A stretch of 64,000 bases of DNA from Octopus sinensis (GCF_006345805.1 NC_043005.1:97340001-97404000), one strand, 5' to 3'; shown: positions 50,739 to 63,293, counted from the stretch's first letter. Numbers and translations: made by a program. The notes: a model not told the origin generated them from the sequence alone.

Positions 50739-51482
50739 ATACTATAATCTAAATGATTATATATTGAATTTTGAGATACTAGAAGCACCAACCACTCAGT
50801 ATCAGAGCGAGCTAGAATCCGCAACTAGTATCACCAAACTCAAGTGTGAATAAAAAGATTGTGTCACCAGCCCCTTCCCACCCGCGTGTAGCCAAAACAA
50901 GATGCTGTGGTCATCTACTGAGATAAAATATGGTTATCCGTAATAATGAAGGTGAAATTAATTAATTTGGAATAATTATCAATTACACCAAGTATCTTCG
51001 GCATGTAAAAGCTTCATTCGAGGAAAATTTAAGTAATACTAAGCAATAAAGGGTTTAGCAACGAATTGCCTTACCACATACCGAATTTAGAAATAGCAGT
51101 CAAAGAGTTATAGCTATTTCTTCTACTAAAAAGGGAGATCTCAGTAAAAACAGCAATTGGAAGGCAGACACAAACAGGTAAGAGAGAATGAATTGACGGC
51201 AATCTATCATACAATTTTAAGTTATCTACGGACGCACGTGTAATTATCCATGTGCATGTCTTTGTGTTTGTGTTGTGTTTGTCCCCCCCTCACCAGTTGG
51301 TAACCAATTTTGGTTTGTTTACATCCTTTTAATTTAGTGGCTTAGCAAAAGAGACCAACAGAATAAGTGCCAGACTTAAAAAATAAGTACTGGGACCAAT
51401 CTATTCAACTAAATCCTTAAAGGTAGTGTCCCAGCATGAGTTGATTTGTTAGACAGAAACTGAAAGAAGCCTGTTGCAATAT

Positions 51483-51525
<43 letters not shown>

Positions 51526-51682
51526 GTGATAAGATAAAGATATTAATGATAAATACACTCATAATAATTATATGCAACAGTTTTCCATGGGTGGGGGTAT
51601 TTTATATATTAGCATATTATTTGGTCTAATTGGCACATGAATGGTTTAATTGATTTCACAGCTTTCAATACTAATTACTCAC

Positions 51683-51748
51683 CTGAAAGGTGAAAAATCA
51701 TAAATATTATGAAATGGCTACAAGCCAACAGATTAACATGCCTTGCAC
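51683..51748 (-). CDS. Shisa-like protein, probable signal-peptide exon
   Basis: ttattcttag / GTGAGT; 66 nt, phase 1-1; ARHVNLLACSHFIIFMIFHLS(V) splices in frame to VEFCDA|RR, completing a plausible signal peptide; initiating exon not found. Confidence 0.65.
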
Positions 51749-51899
51749 CTAAGAATAAATAATACAATGGACATAATTAATATTTAGATATATAATAATG
51801 TGATCAGTAGAATGCTGCCAAAACTTCACATACTCTCTAGCTCATCAGTAAACATACAAAAAAAAAAGGTTTTTTGCTTTTTTCATTTTATCTCTTTTA

Positions 51900-53098
51900 A
51901 TTGTAGTACCTACAAGTTTTGTAAGTCTTCCTAGATTATGACTACTAGATAACACTTTACTAAAAGTAGCTTCTCTCAGTTTCCATGGCCTCAAGGCAGC
52001 TCTGGAACCTGGTACATGCATTCCTCGTTGTGTCCTTGGGAAGATCTTCAAACACTTCCTTGATCTTAGCTACCAGCTCTGTCTTGGTGTTGCAGGCAGA
52101 GCAGTTGGAGTCTTTCTCAACTATACCCCACACATAATTATCCATGGAATCACAATTGGAGGAATTAGGAGGCCAGAAATTGGGTCTGGTGATGTCAGAG
52201 AAATTTTCCAACAATGACTTCTAACTCTTTCTGAAGGTGTGGCAAGGAGTCAAATCCTGCTGCCTCATATATGGCCTTCTAACAGCAACTCTCTCCAGCC
52301 AGATTTGGCCAGTCTCCAGCAACTTGACTTAGCTGTCTGAGTTGATGTAAGATGTAAGGTGGCATGATGTCACCCTCACTGAAGACACACTCAAAGACCA
52401 TCACAGTTTGGGGCAACTTGCTTTTCATGATAGGACATCCCATGGCTTTTAGGTAAGCCACTTGTTCTTCTGAGTGTCATACAACTGGTCCTAGCAGGAG
52501 TTCTTTTCATCTGAGAAGAACCAGATCATCTGCAGCTCCTGTAGAACTGAGGTGGAGCCATTCAGGAGTTTTTCTGCCTTTGTCAAGCAGTTGTCCTTGG
52601 CTTAAGCTGTCAGAATTTGTATGAGCAGCAGCAAAGGTCTGTATTCATGGTCAACTTCCTGGTAGCAACTCCAATACACATCTCTCTCAACAAAACCTGA
52701 ATTCCCTTGCTCGGCTCTTCCATCACCTTGTCCTTCAGTTACTGAATGAACTCCAGCATGCAGACACAGTCAGAACACATGTTGTGGTCCTTCCTACTGA
52801 CTGCGGCTTTATAGTTTCCATTGCAGCTGATCATGTCACATCTTACAGTCTTTACAGTGTTCACAGAGCACTGAGCAGCCGTCATGATGTCGGCATTTTG
52901 ACACCCAGGGCAAAAGATCATGTTACAGGTAACTCTTTTCCAATATGCAGATGGCTTCCAATCCTTTATGTCAGCTAACTTTTTCTCAGCTACAACTTCA
53001 AAACCTTTATGCTTTTCAATGCCATTGACTGTCCACCCATACAGCAAGCTGAAAAAAAGGAGACATAAAAAATTGCCAAATTTAGCCCGAACACCCTG
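51900..53098 (-). mobile_element. maT (DD37D) Tc1/mariner-superfamily transposon, decayed
   Basis: 5' end TA-CAGGGTGTTCGGGCTAAATTT; VMVFECVFSEGDIMPPY; QQD...ENFSDITRPNFWPPNSSNCDSMD with 37-residue D-to-D spacing. Confidence 0.8.
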
Positions 53099-53731
53099 TA
53101 TTACAAAAGCATCAAAATGGCTCTGTACCCTCTCTGCTAGCTTTACCAGTCTAATAATATTGACTGTAGTCAACATATGTTTATATTTACATCTCACTTT
53201 TTTTTTTTATTTAATGTTTCCACCCTTCTCAAATGTTTTGAATCAGCACACATGTTCTTGCAATATGTCTTACAGTCCACTACAGAAATCATATTTTTTC
53301 ATGCACTGAAATGTTTATCTTCCTATGTGTTTTCAAACAAGCACAACAGAAAAGAGATATTTCACACATAAATGCTATTTATTTATTTATTGACAAAGAT
53401 AGAGTGTCTCTACAAAGTTTCCATGTATGTTTGACGAGTGAAAAAAAAATAATGATGCAATATTCATAATGGAGGTGTAATGACTCTTATGCAGCCAGGT
53501 GAAATTCACCATTTTTCACTAGTTTATCATATAAGCAAACACTACCTTTCAATTATGCACTGAGTATAATTGCAGGACTCACTTGCTCACACACACACAC
53601 ACCCAATCACCTTCCTACCAACCTATCTATCTATCTTTAACAGATCTCAGCCACAATAACAAATGCCATAACTGATCTGATCTTAATACATGTTCCAATT
53701 GAACAGTACATCAATTTACTGCATCTCTATA

Positions 53732-53960
53732 GCTATTTCTTTACTACCCATAAGGGGCTAAACACAGAGAGGACAAACAAGGACAGACAAACGGATTAAG
53801 TCGATTACATTGACCCCAGTGTGTAACTGGTACTTATTTAATCGACCCCAAAAGGATGAAAGGCAAAGTCGACCTCGGCGGAATTTGAACTCAGAATGCA
53901 GCAGCAGACGAAATACTGCTAAGCATTTCGCCTAGCGTGCTAACGTTTCTGCCAGCTCGC
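53732..53960 (-). mobile_element. Full-length Nin/Deu-domain SINE with 13-bp TSD
   Basis: CTGCATCTCTATA at 53719-53731 and 53961-53973; A/B-box head; GTCGACTTTGCCTTTCATCCTT domain. Confidence 0.9.
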
Positions 53961-54248
53961 CTGCATCTCTATACTATTAGATTACAGAGTATGGACATTG
54001 TCTTTCATTTCTTTTTCCAAAACATTCCTTCTCTAACTTGTTTAATTCAAACCAATTAAAATTGAAAATTGCTACTTTCCTTTGGATGAACAATGGTCTT
54101 ATTCAAACTTGTACCTCACAATCTAATGAAAGTAAACTGTGCTGTTTAGCCAGATTGAATTATTTTGCCACTTAGGTTTGAAGAGGTTCACCTTGTGGTG
54201 GTATGTAGGAAATCATAATGAACCCTTATACTTTTAATCATTGTCTCT

Positions 54249-54616
54249 AAAAGTCTGGCTGCATCCGAAAAAATATATATTATGAAACAAAAATAAACAG
54301 AAAATTTATTACACGAATCTGTTACCACCACGACAGTCAACTATTTGACGCCGAACATGAGTTTGATGTTGAATACATCCACGAATTTTCTGCTCAGATA
54401 GCTCTTCCCAAGACTGTAAGACAGCTTCGTGCAATTCATGCCTCGTTGTAGGGTTTTTCAGTTCAACTTTATCAGCCAAAAATTTGAAAATGCCTTCATC
54501 TAATGGATTCCACGTGTAAACATGTGTTGAATAGAACTCACTGAATAAATCTTAATTAACTGTGTTGTCAATTGTATGCACCTGACATATGCTAACATGT
54601 ATGCAGCCAGACTTTT
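54249..54616 (-). mobile_element. Deleted Tc1-like element (inverted repeats plus transposase C-terminus)
   Basis: 16-bp inverted repeat AAAAGTCTGGCTGCAT / ATGCAGCCAGACTTTT; minus frame PLDEGIFKFLADKVELKNPTTRHELHEAVLQSWEEL..VDCRGGNRFV*. Confidence 0.65.
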
Positions 54617-56311
54617 CACACAGAGGATATATTTTCTGCAGAACAATAAAATAAAATAGACTTAATAACATCAGCGCTAAAAATCTAATTAGAAATGATT
54701 ACACCATGGAGACATGGCTCAATGATTAATACTATTTTATTTCAGCAAGTATCAAAGTCTATATGATTGTGTGGTTAAGAAATTAGCTATGCAGCTACAT
54801 GGTTTCTTAGGCAAGTGTCCTTCAACAGCCCTAGGCCATGTAAGTTAAATTTGGTAAATGGAAACTATGAAAGCTAATCAAAAGGACTGTTTCTGTTCAC
54901 GAGTAGTGGACTTCTGTAGCTACTACTGTAGCATGTTTTAACACTACCTAGTCCTTGGGTACCCTTAGCAGAGTCATATTTGTTGCATGTATCCAAGCCA
55001 GGTCTCCATTATGAAGAGAATTTTCCTCAGCCAGTTGCAAATACACTGGAAAAAGATGATGGGTACAGTCCTTCCTTCTTGGACAAAGATATAAAACAAA
55101 ATATTGAAATAAGTTTTAGTTTTATTAGACATTTTCAGCAAAGCACAGCATTCGCTATATTAGCCAAAGCAGAGATGGAAGAATCGCTAAGTATATGTAC
55201 AATATTATAAAAATATTTGGATGACTACGAATCTATCTTTACTCTAAAATGCTCGATTGATTCTGCAATATTGAAAGTTGACAAAATACCAAAAGTATAC
55301 ATGATATTTGCAGTTTGTAAGTAACTTTAAAAGTTTAGAGAATAGAATGACCAACTTTGACCCAATGAGAAAAGTTATTAAATCAGAAAGATTTAGTCGG
55401 GGATATGTTCCTTGTTAGAAAAGAGAACAAGTCATTGTAGTAACCACAGAATAGATGGGTTATTAGTTGTAGTTTGGCCTCAGCTTAGCACTGACTGAAC
55501 CAACCAATGATTATGAAAGTCATCCCAGTCAGATCACCCTAGCATTCCATACATAGAACTACATTTTATGTGAATCTCTCTTTTCAAGAAAGCCAGGTGT
55601 ACTTTAAGGAAGCCTGGCTACTATTTTCAGTGAACAAATGGCTATAGTGGTATTGGTGAAATCGTTGAAGTGATGCTCATATTTGTAGTGGTGTTAATTA
55701 GTTAATTAGATACTCGTGTATAAGCCACAACTTTTTCCACAAAATATACAATGTATAAACTAGAGCATAACTAATGTACATAACCTACAGAATCTCAATA
55801 CAAAATATATGGTATATTGTAAATGGCAAAAGCAGTCATTCATTTAAGGGTATGTGTGACATTAGCTTCATATTGTTCTCTTTAAATAGTATTACAGCAT
55901 TTTATATAACATTTACCGTTGCTCTCAACTGCCAGTACTCCATAAATAGTTGCTGCTTAACTTTATACTAAAATAAGTAGGTCACTTTAATCATTTATTT
56001 ACTAGTCAATAATCAAGATTTTATGGTAATTTTCTGACCTTATAATTTAGAATCACTATTTGACAATTAAGTATTGCTTCTAATAAGTGGGAATAAAATA
56101 GATCACAGCAACGCATTTGTTTGTATGTTGTCATTTTCTCCCCTTGATAAGCTACATACACACGTTTTACACTAGAAAATGTAATCTGATACAATTAAAT
56201 TGTGGAGGAGATGTTCAGGCTAAAGTTGAAGACTTTTATGTTGCCTTTTTTCAGGAAGAGTTTGATATGCTAGTGTAAATAGCATTTGGGGAGCATAAAG
56301 ATGAAATCTAT

Positions 56312-57833
56312 ACTCTTTTACTTGTTTCAGTCATTTGACTGTGGCCATGCTGGAGCACCACCTTTAGTCGAGCAGATCAACCCCAGGACTTATTTTCTGT
56401 AAGCCTAGTACTTATTCTATCAGTCTCTTTTGCCAAACCGCTAAGTTACGGGGACGTAAACCAGCATCGGTTGTCAAGCGATGTTGGGGGGGGGACAAAC
56501 ACAGACACACAAACATATACACACACACAAACACACACACACATATATATATCATCATCATCATTTAACGTCCGCTTTCCATGCTAGCATGGGTTGGACG
56601 GTTCAACTGGGGTCTGGGGAGCCCGAAGGCTGCACCAGGCCAGTCAGATCTGGCAGTGTTTCTACAGCTGGATGCCCTTCCTAACGCCAACCACTCCGAG
56701 AGTGTAGTGGGTGATTTTATGTGCCACCGACACAGGTGCCAGACGAGGCTGGCGAACGGCCACACTCAGATGGTGTTTTTTATGTGCCACCGACACAGGT
56801 GCCAGACAAGGCTGGCAGACGGCCACGCTCGGATGGTGTTTTTATGTGCCACCGACACAGGTGCCAGATGAGGCTGGCGAATGGCCACGATCGGATGGTG
56901 TTTGTTACGTGCCCACGGTACGGAGGCCAGTCGATGCAGTACTGGCTACGGCCACGTTCGGATGTTTTTCTTGTGTGCCACCGGCACTGGTACCACAAAG
57001 ATACAAATTCCATTGATGTTCATCTATTTTGATTTGTTTTGATTTGATTTGATTTGATTTTCACTTGCCTCAACAGGTCTCCACAAGTGTCACAAGAAGA
57101 AGGTATGCACAGGTGGACTGACTACGTCCCAGGTAGGGGCCACGGGTTATGGCCTGACTAGTCTTGCCGGGTTTTCGGATGGTGTTTTTATTGGACTGAC
57201 TACGTCCCAGGTAGGGGCCACGGGTTATGGCCTGACTAGTCTTGCCGGGTTTTCGGATGGTGTTTTTATGTGCCACCGACACAGGTGCCTAGTCTTGCCG
57301 GGTCTTTGGATGGTGTTTTTATGTGCCAACGACACAGGTGCCAGATGAGGCTGGCGAACGGCCACGATCGGATGGTGTTTGTTACGTGCCCACAGCACGG
57401 AGGCCAGTCGATGCGGTACTGGCTACGGCCACATTCGGATGGCTTTCTTGTGTGCCACCGGCACTGGTACCACAAAGATACAAATTCCATTGATGTTCAT
57501 CTATTTTGATTTGTTTTGATTTTCACTTGCCTCAACAGGTCTTCACAAGTGTCACAAGAAGGAAGGTATGCACAGGTGGACTGACTACGTCCCAGGTAGG
57601 GGCCACGGGTTATGGCCTGACTAGTCTTGCCGGGTCTTCGGATGGTGTTTATATACATATACATATATACGATGGGCTTCTTTCAGTTTCTGTCTACCAA
57701 ATCCAGTCACAAGGCTTTGGTCAGCCTAAGGCTATAGTAGAAGACACTTGCCCAAGGTGCCATGCAGTGGGACTGAACCCGGAACCATGTGGTTCGTAAG
57801 CAAGCTACTTACCACACAGCCACTCCTACGCCT
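56312..57833 (-). mobile_element. CORE-like SINE split by a nested RTE 3' UTR (56552-57650)
   Basis: SINE 3' half 56312-56540 and 5' half 57668-57833 flank an RTE tail inserted in the internal (CA)/(TA) tract. Confidence 0.85.
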
Positions 57834-57839
57834 GTACTT

Positions 57840-58598
57840 AAGAAAATGTTAACTGACATCAAGGACTGGAAGCCATCTACATATAGGAAAAGAGTTACTT
57901 GTATCATGATGATCCATGCCAGGTATCAAATTGCCAACATCATGATTACTGCTCCATGCTCTGTGAACAGTGTAAAAGCAGTAAGATGTGACATGGGCAG
58001 CTGCAATGGTGACTACAAAGCTGTGGTTAGCAGGAAGAGGGACAACAGATGTTCTAAGCTGCATCCACACACGGGAATTCATCCCCACACCTTTGAACAA
58101 ACCTTTGACTTCATTCAGGTGGTTATGTGAAGCTGCCGGAGAGGTTTGCTGTTGGAAGGCTATATGTGTGACAGCAGAATTTGGCTTCTTGCCATATCTC
58201 CAGAAAGAGTCAAAAGTGGTTATTGGAGAATTTCCATGACTTCACCAGACCCAATTTCTGGCCTCCTAATCCCCCTGATTATAATTCCATAGATTACTAT
58301 ATGTGTGAAGTATGGTTAAGAAAGACACCAACTGCTCTGCTCTGTAACACAAAGGCTGAGATGGTGGTTAAGATCAAAGAGGTGTCTGAAGATCTCAGGG
58401 ACACAATGAGAAATACATGCACTAGATTCCAGACCTGCCTCAAGGGTGTGGTGGAAGCTGAAGGAAGCTATTTTGAGTAAAGTGTTATCTCCCAGCCATA
58501 ATCTAGTTGATGCTTTTTGATTTTTTAAAAATACTTTTATTTCTGGATCAGATATTGTCTTCTTTTGCACATTGTAAAATTTAACCTGAAACACACTG
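57840..58598 (+). mobile_element. maT (DD37D) transposon, internally deleted, inverted relative to 51900-53098
   Basis: DIKDWKPSTYRKRVTC and KWLLENFHDFTRPNFWPPNPPDYNSIDYY; 3' end AAATTTAACCTGAAACACACTG resembles the TIR of the other copy. Confidence 0.8.
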
Positions 58599-58666
58599 TT
58601 TTTTTTTTTTTTTGTAGCAGATAATATAATTATTAAGTGATTAAATATAATGGAATTATTACATAA

Positions 58667-59053
58667 CTAGCAGTATCGCCCGGCGTTGCACGGGTTTGTT
58701 TCGATCCTTTAGAATTGGAATTTTCGAAAAGTAAAAATTTTGCATTATGTAGCTTGTTATTCTCTTTAAGTGAACATTTTTCTGGTTGAAATACACAGAA
58801 AAATGGCGACCCAGCAGTCAAAAAATCGTAAAAAACAGGGATGTTCATAGGAAAAAAGCACCTTTTTGATGTAAATAAGTTTTGGTGTTAACATGGTCCG
58901 ATTTGAATTTTTTCTTCTACGGAAGGAAGAGCAAGCCTTCTTCTATCATACTCTCAATTTTGGTCAACTTGCGCCGCAGGGTTTCGGAGGAGATACTGTT
59001 AGTTGAAGGCTACCAAACCTGCACAGACAACTTCAGTTTTATATAGAGAGAGA
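58667..59053 (-). mobile_element. Non-autonomous Helitron
   Basis: A|TC 5' end; 3' hairpin CCCGTGCAACGCCGGG..CTAG|T. Confidence 0.87.
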
Positions 59054-60546
59054 TTTGTGAAGAGCTATCAAAGGGTGTTTACACATAGTTTTATGAAATA
59101 ATAATAAAGTAAAAATACATTTAGTTTTGAATTTTTTATGGAAATTTCATTCTAGCATATATATATATAAGCAGCATTGATAAATACAGCCTGTAGCTTA
59201 TATGTGAGTCAAGTACAAATCCAAGAATATTATATGTAAAATGGGAGTGTGGTTTACCTACCAGTGTAATATATACATTAGTATACATATGATACCAAAG
59301 ATTTGTTACACTAGTAAGTACTAGTATGCCCCCAAAAAGGAACTCCTAGTGACTGTGTGACTTGCCAGAAATAGCAGCTTAATCTGTGTTAAATTAAACC
59401 CCTGCACAAAGAAAAAACATTAGAAAATGTATTGTAGTTTTAAGCACTCTTTAAAACCAGCAAGTTCACACATAGAATGTAGCTAACAAAACTTCTGCTC
59501 AATCAAGTTTAACCTGAAGTTAAACAACAGTGACAATAGTTAGAATTAGAGACATCTGATCAACAGCAGGTAGAATTAAAAGAGAAAAAGACACTGATAA
59601 AAGGAAAAAAACGTTTTCACAACAAAAGATTAATTAATAATACAACTAAGTTTGCCAATAAATTAATCTTCAGAAGATACTTTCAATCATAATATTTAAG
59701 TTAATAATTCCTTATATTAATCCCAGAATATTTGTTTCCCAATCAGAACAAAACAAAATATTACAAAATAAAAAGAACATATACACTTGATAAACATACT
59801 ATATGACTATTTTTTAATTAAGATTTTGCAAGAATTATAGATTAGGGTAAATATATGTAAAAAGTTTAAAATGTTCATAGATTTCAAAAGACTGACAGAA
59901 TGTGTGTGTATGTATGTGTGTGTGTTTATGTATATATATACACACACACATATATATTCATGTATTCTACTTGTTTCAGTCATTGGACTGGAGCCATGCT
60001 GAGACACCACCTTTGAGAGTTTAATTAAACACATTGACCCCAGGACTTATTTTAATTCAATCAATTTATGATTTGTTTTATGTCAATTTTTTCCCATGCT
60101 ACCAAGTGTTTGGAGCAACAAGTACTGGGGAAATGTTTTACAGTCAGACGTTCTTCCTCTTACTAATCCTTACCTGTTTTGCAAGTAAACAGTTATTGAT
60201 TCTACATGGCTGCAAAGGTACAGAACAACTGTACGATTTATTAGCAGGAAATGTTAACAAACATCACCATTTTTCTTAACGCTCTTCATATAAAGACATG
60301 AAATATAAACAAACACATACATATGCAAATATGATGTTAAATACTTAATATCACATTCAAGATAAGATGAATAGATTAGAAGGCGTTAGATGAATCAACA
60401 AACTGTAATTGTGTTCAAGAACAAAATAAACAATTCTGATAATATTTATACAAATCATTGTTAGTATTACTCTCAGTTTTAAACATTGTTTACTTATGAG
60501 GAACACAAGCAATAGTGTGTTTTTGCTTGCTTTTCTTTTATATTTC

Positions 60547-60822
60547 TTGCCAGTGCCGTCTCGACTGGCCTCCGAGCCGGTGGTACGTAAAAAGTACCAA
60601 CCGATCGTGGCCGCTGCCAGCCTCCCTTGGCACCTGTGCTGGTGGCACGTAAAAAGCACCCACTACACTCATGGAGTGGTTGGCGTTATGAAGGGCATCC
60701 AGCTGTAGAAACACTGCCAGATCAAGATTGAAGCCTGGTGCAGCCTCCTGGCTTCCCAGACCCCGGTCGAACCGTCCAACCCATGCTAGCATGGAAAACG
60801 GACATTAAACAATGATGACGAT
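60547..60822 (+). mobile_element. RTE-family 3' tail
   Basis: AAAAAGCACCCACTACACTC..GAAGGGCATCCAGCTGTAGAAAC..CCAACCCATGCTAGCATGG. Confidence 0.78.
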
Positions 60823-62329
60823 CATTGCTTTTTGATTCTTATCAATAATTCTATAGTTTTTATACAAATCCAAACAGCCCTACTTCAAACTAATTCACCT
60901 CTAATCTTTCTGACTATCAGAAATCATCCCTTAATGTCTTAAAAAAGACAAGACACATTGACCAACGTTGTCCTTGGTACACAAAGACATGAATCAAATA
61001 CCTTTGAGTATAGTTCTACTCCATCATAACTGACCTGGGGCTAAATAACAATAACTTTTAACAGAGTAATATTATCCACTTTCAACAAACAGATAAACAT
61101 TGGACTACCAACAAACTTTCTTGCCTCAACACTTTACCCAATCTACATTCATTTTTATTGTATATCATATCTTTCTTTATTTTTAATCATTAAATTAAGA
61201 CATCATATTTTGCAACAAATTCAGATTCTCCAGCAAGAATGTCTTTAGTTTTTGCAAGTCTTCAACTTTCCATTGTTCTTCTTCTATTCTTCTTTTACAT
61301 GTTTCAGTCATTGACTGATGGAATACCACCTTAAAGGGTTTTAGTCAAAGAAATCAACCTCAGGACTTATTCTTTATAAGCCTAGTACTTATTCTGCCGG
61401 TCTCTTTTGCTGAACCGCAAAGTTATGGGGACATAAACACACCATCATCGGTTGTCAAGTGATAAAATAAAATAAGTAGTAGGATATAATGATCACAGGA
61501 AGTAGCAGGTAGTAAACAGTCCTGTCAGCATAATAAAGGAAGTTGTTAATGAAACTGTGGCAGTGGGTATCTCAAGAAAATATAAAAATGAATGACTTTC
61601 TGGTAGAATCTGTTAAAACTGGTAACAGAGAGTCTCAAGAATGAAAAGAAACATTTACTATGAAAGAAAGAGTATAAAGAATCACAAGCACATGAAGGAA
61701 CTTCTCCATAGTGACTCAGGTAGATAAAAGCTAACAGCCAAATCTTCAATTCACAGCATTTTTAATAATAAGGAAGGAAAATTTTGGCTGATGTGTTTGT
61801 GATAAACTATACCTTAAAAGACAGATCATCATGGTGAAAATAACTCTGAATGCTATGGTGGCTCAACCTGAACTGATCTAGGATTAAACAACACTAACAG
61901 CAACACAAAGAGTCAGTGCATAAATCTGAAAGGATTTTCTTCCTTAATGATGTAATAAATTGTTAAAACAAGATCATAAATGTGAACAACTAAATATAAA
62001 ACTATAAACAACTGTAGGAGAACTTGAATTTTCTTAGTTTTTAAGTAAGGACTTCAGAAAGAACTTGCATAGAATCAGATTTTAAATCTTACGTATTATG
62101 TAACTTCCACTTGGAAATAATGTGTAGGCAAGTATTGAATATAATACATAATTGGTTGGCACTTCTTATTCATATTTTATTCCACCAAAATACTTTTACT
62201 AAGGGAAGCTTCATGAAGAGAATCCTTCCTTACAGCTAGCAATGGGACAGAAGTTGATCCAAAAATCCAACAGCAATGCAAACTTAATGATAAGTGTATA
62301 TAATAGCGTTAATCAGTGTATTATATATA

Positions 62330-63040
62330 TAGTGATGAAGGTCACAGAGAGGGTTATAGCCCAACTAAGTAGGAAGAGAGTCTGCTTAGATGAGATGCGG
62401 TTTAGTTTTGTGCCAAGTAGAAGCACTACATTCCTGGTACGGAAACTACAGGAGAAATACCTAGCCAAAGAGAAACCCCTATTCTTGGCTTTTGCTGACT
62501 TGCAGAAAGCCTCTGACAGGGGCCCCCGATCCCTTATCTGATGGACAATGTGGAAACTGATGTGGGGATTGATGAGTGGTTAATAAGAGCTGTACAGGGA
62601 TGCTGTTAGTAAGGTAAAGGTCAGCAATGAGTATAGTGAAGAATTCTGGGTAGAAGTAGGAGTTCACCAAGGATCAGCCCTCAGCTCCCTCTTATTCACG
62701 ATAGTCCTCCAGGTAATAACAGAGGAATTCAAGATAGGTTGCCTCTGGGAGCTCCTCTATGCTAATGACCTTGCTCTCATAGTGAATCATTACCAGAACT
62801 AGAGAAGAAATTTCAGGTGTGGAAGCAAGGTTTAGAATCGAAGGGCCTTAGAGTCAATGTTGCAAAAACCAAAGTCCTAGTAAGTAGAAAGGCTAACACA
62901 TCACAAACCCCTTCAGGTAGGTGGCCCTGCTTGATCTATAGAAAATGAGTAGGTAGAAATTCCATAAGATGTACCTAGTGTAAGCTATGGACACATAAGA
63001 GGTACAGCAACATCACAGGAAGGTTAACTGGGTAGATAGG
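62330..63040 (+). mobile_element. RTE LINE RT fragment (inverted relative to 46168-47815)
   Basis: FLVRKLQEKYLAKEKPLFLAFADLQKASDR; VGVHQGSALSSLLF..WELLYANDLAL. Confidence 0.88.
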
Positions 63041-63054
63041 TCATAAAAAATATA

Positions 63055-63293
63055 TACAATAATCCCTCTACTATCGCAGGTGTTATGTTCCAAAACCTCC
63101 CACAGAAATAATTAAAATCTAAAAAAATATAAATACCTATTGGTCCCAGAAACTCAGATATACTAACAAGTCCGTAATATAAATTTACAAATATTTTCCA
63201 GAAAAATCTGTGATGTAGTGAGTGTGCAATAGGTGAACCGCAATGTGCTGAGTGCATGATAAGTGAACTGTGATATGACATGGGATTATTGTA
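63055..63293. mobile_element. pogo/Tigger-like MITE
   Basis: TA-CAATAATCCC ... GGGATTATTG-TA termini, ~240 bp, non-coding. Confidence 0.65.

Larger units (their letters stand above)
49291..51239 (-). mobile_element. Hammerhead-containing tandem repeat family B (~593-bp period, 3.3 units); Penelope-LTR/retrozyme-like
   Basis: ACTAAGCAATAAAGG at 49291, 49884, 50461, 51038; units near-identical apart from small deletions; non-coding. Confidence 0.88.

Noticed and set aside
59255-59292. Alternative first coding exon (MYTNVYITLV, GTAAAC donor)
   Set aside because: Weak donor, short AT-rich frame expected by chance, no supporting evidence
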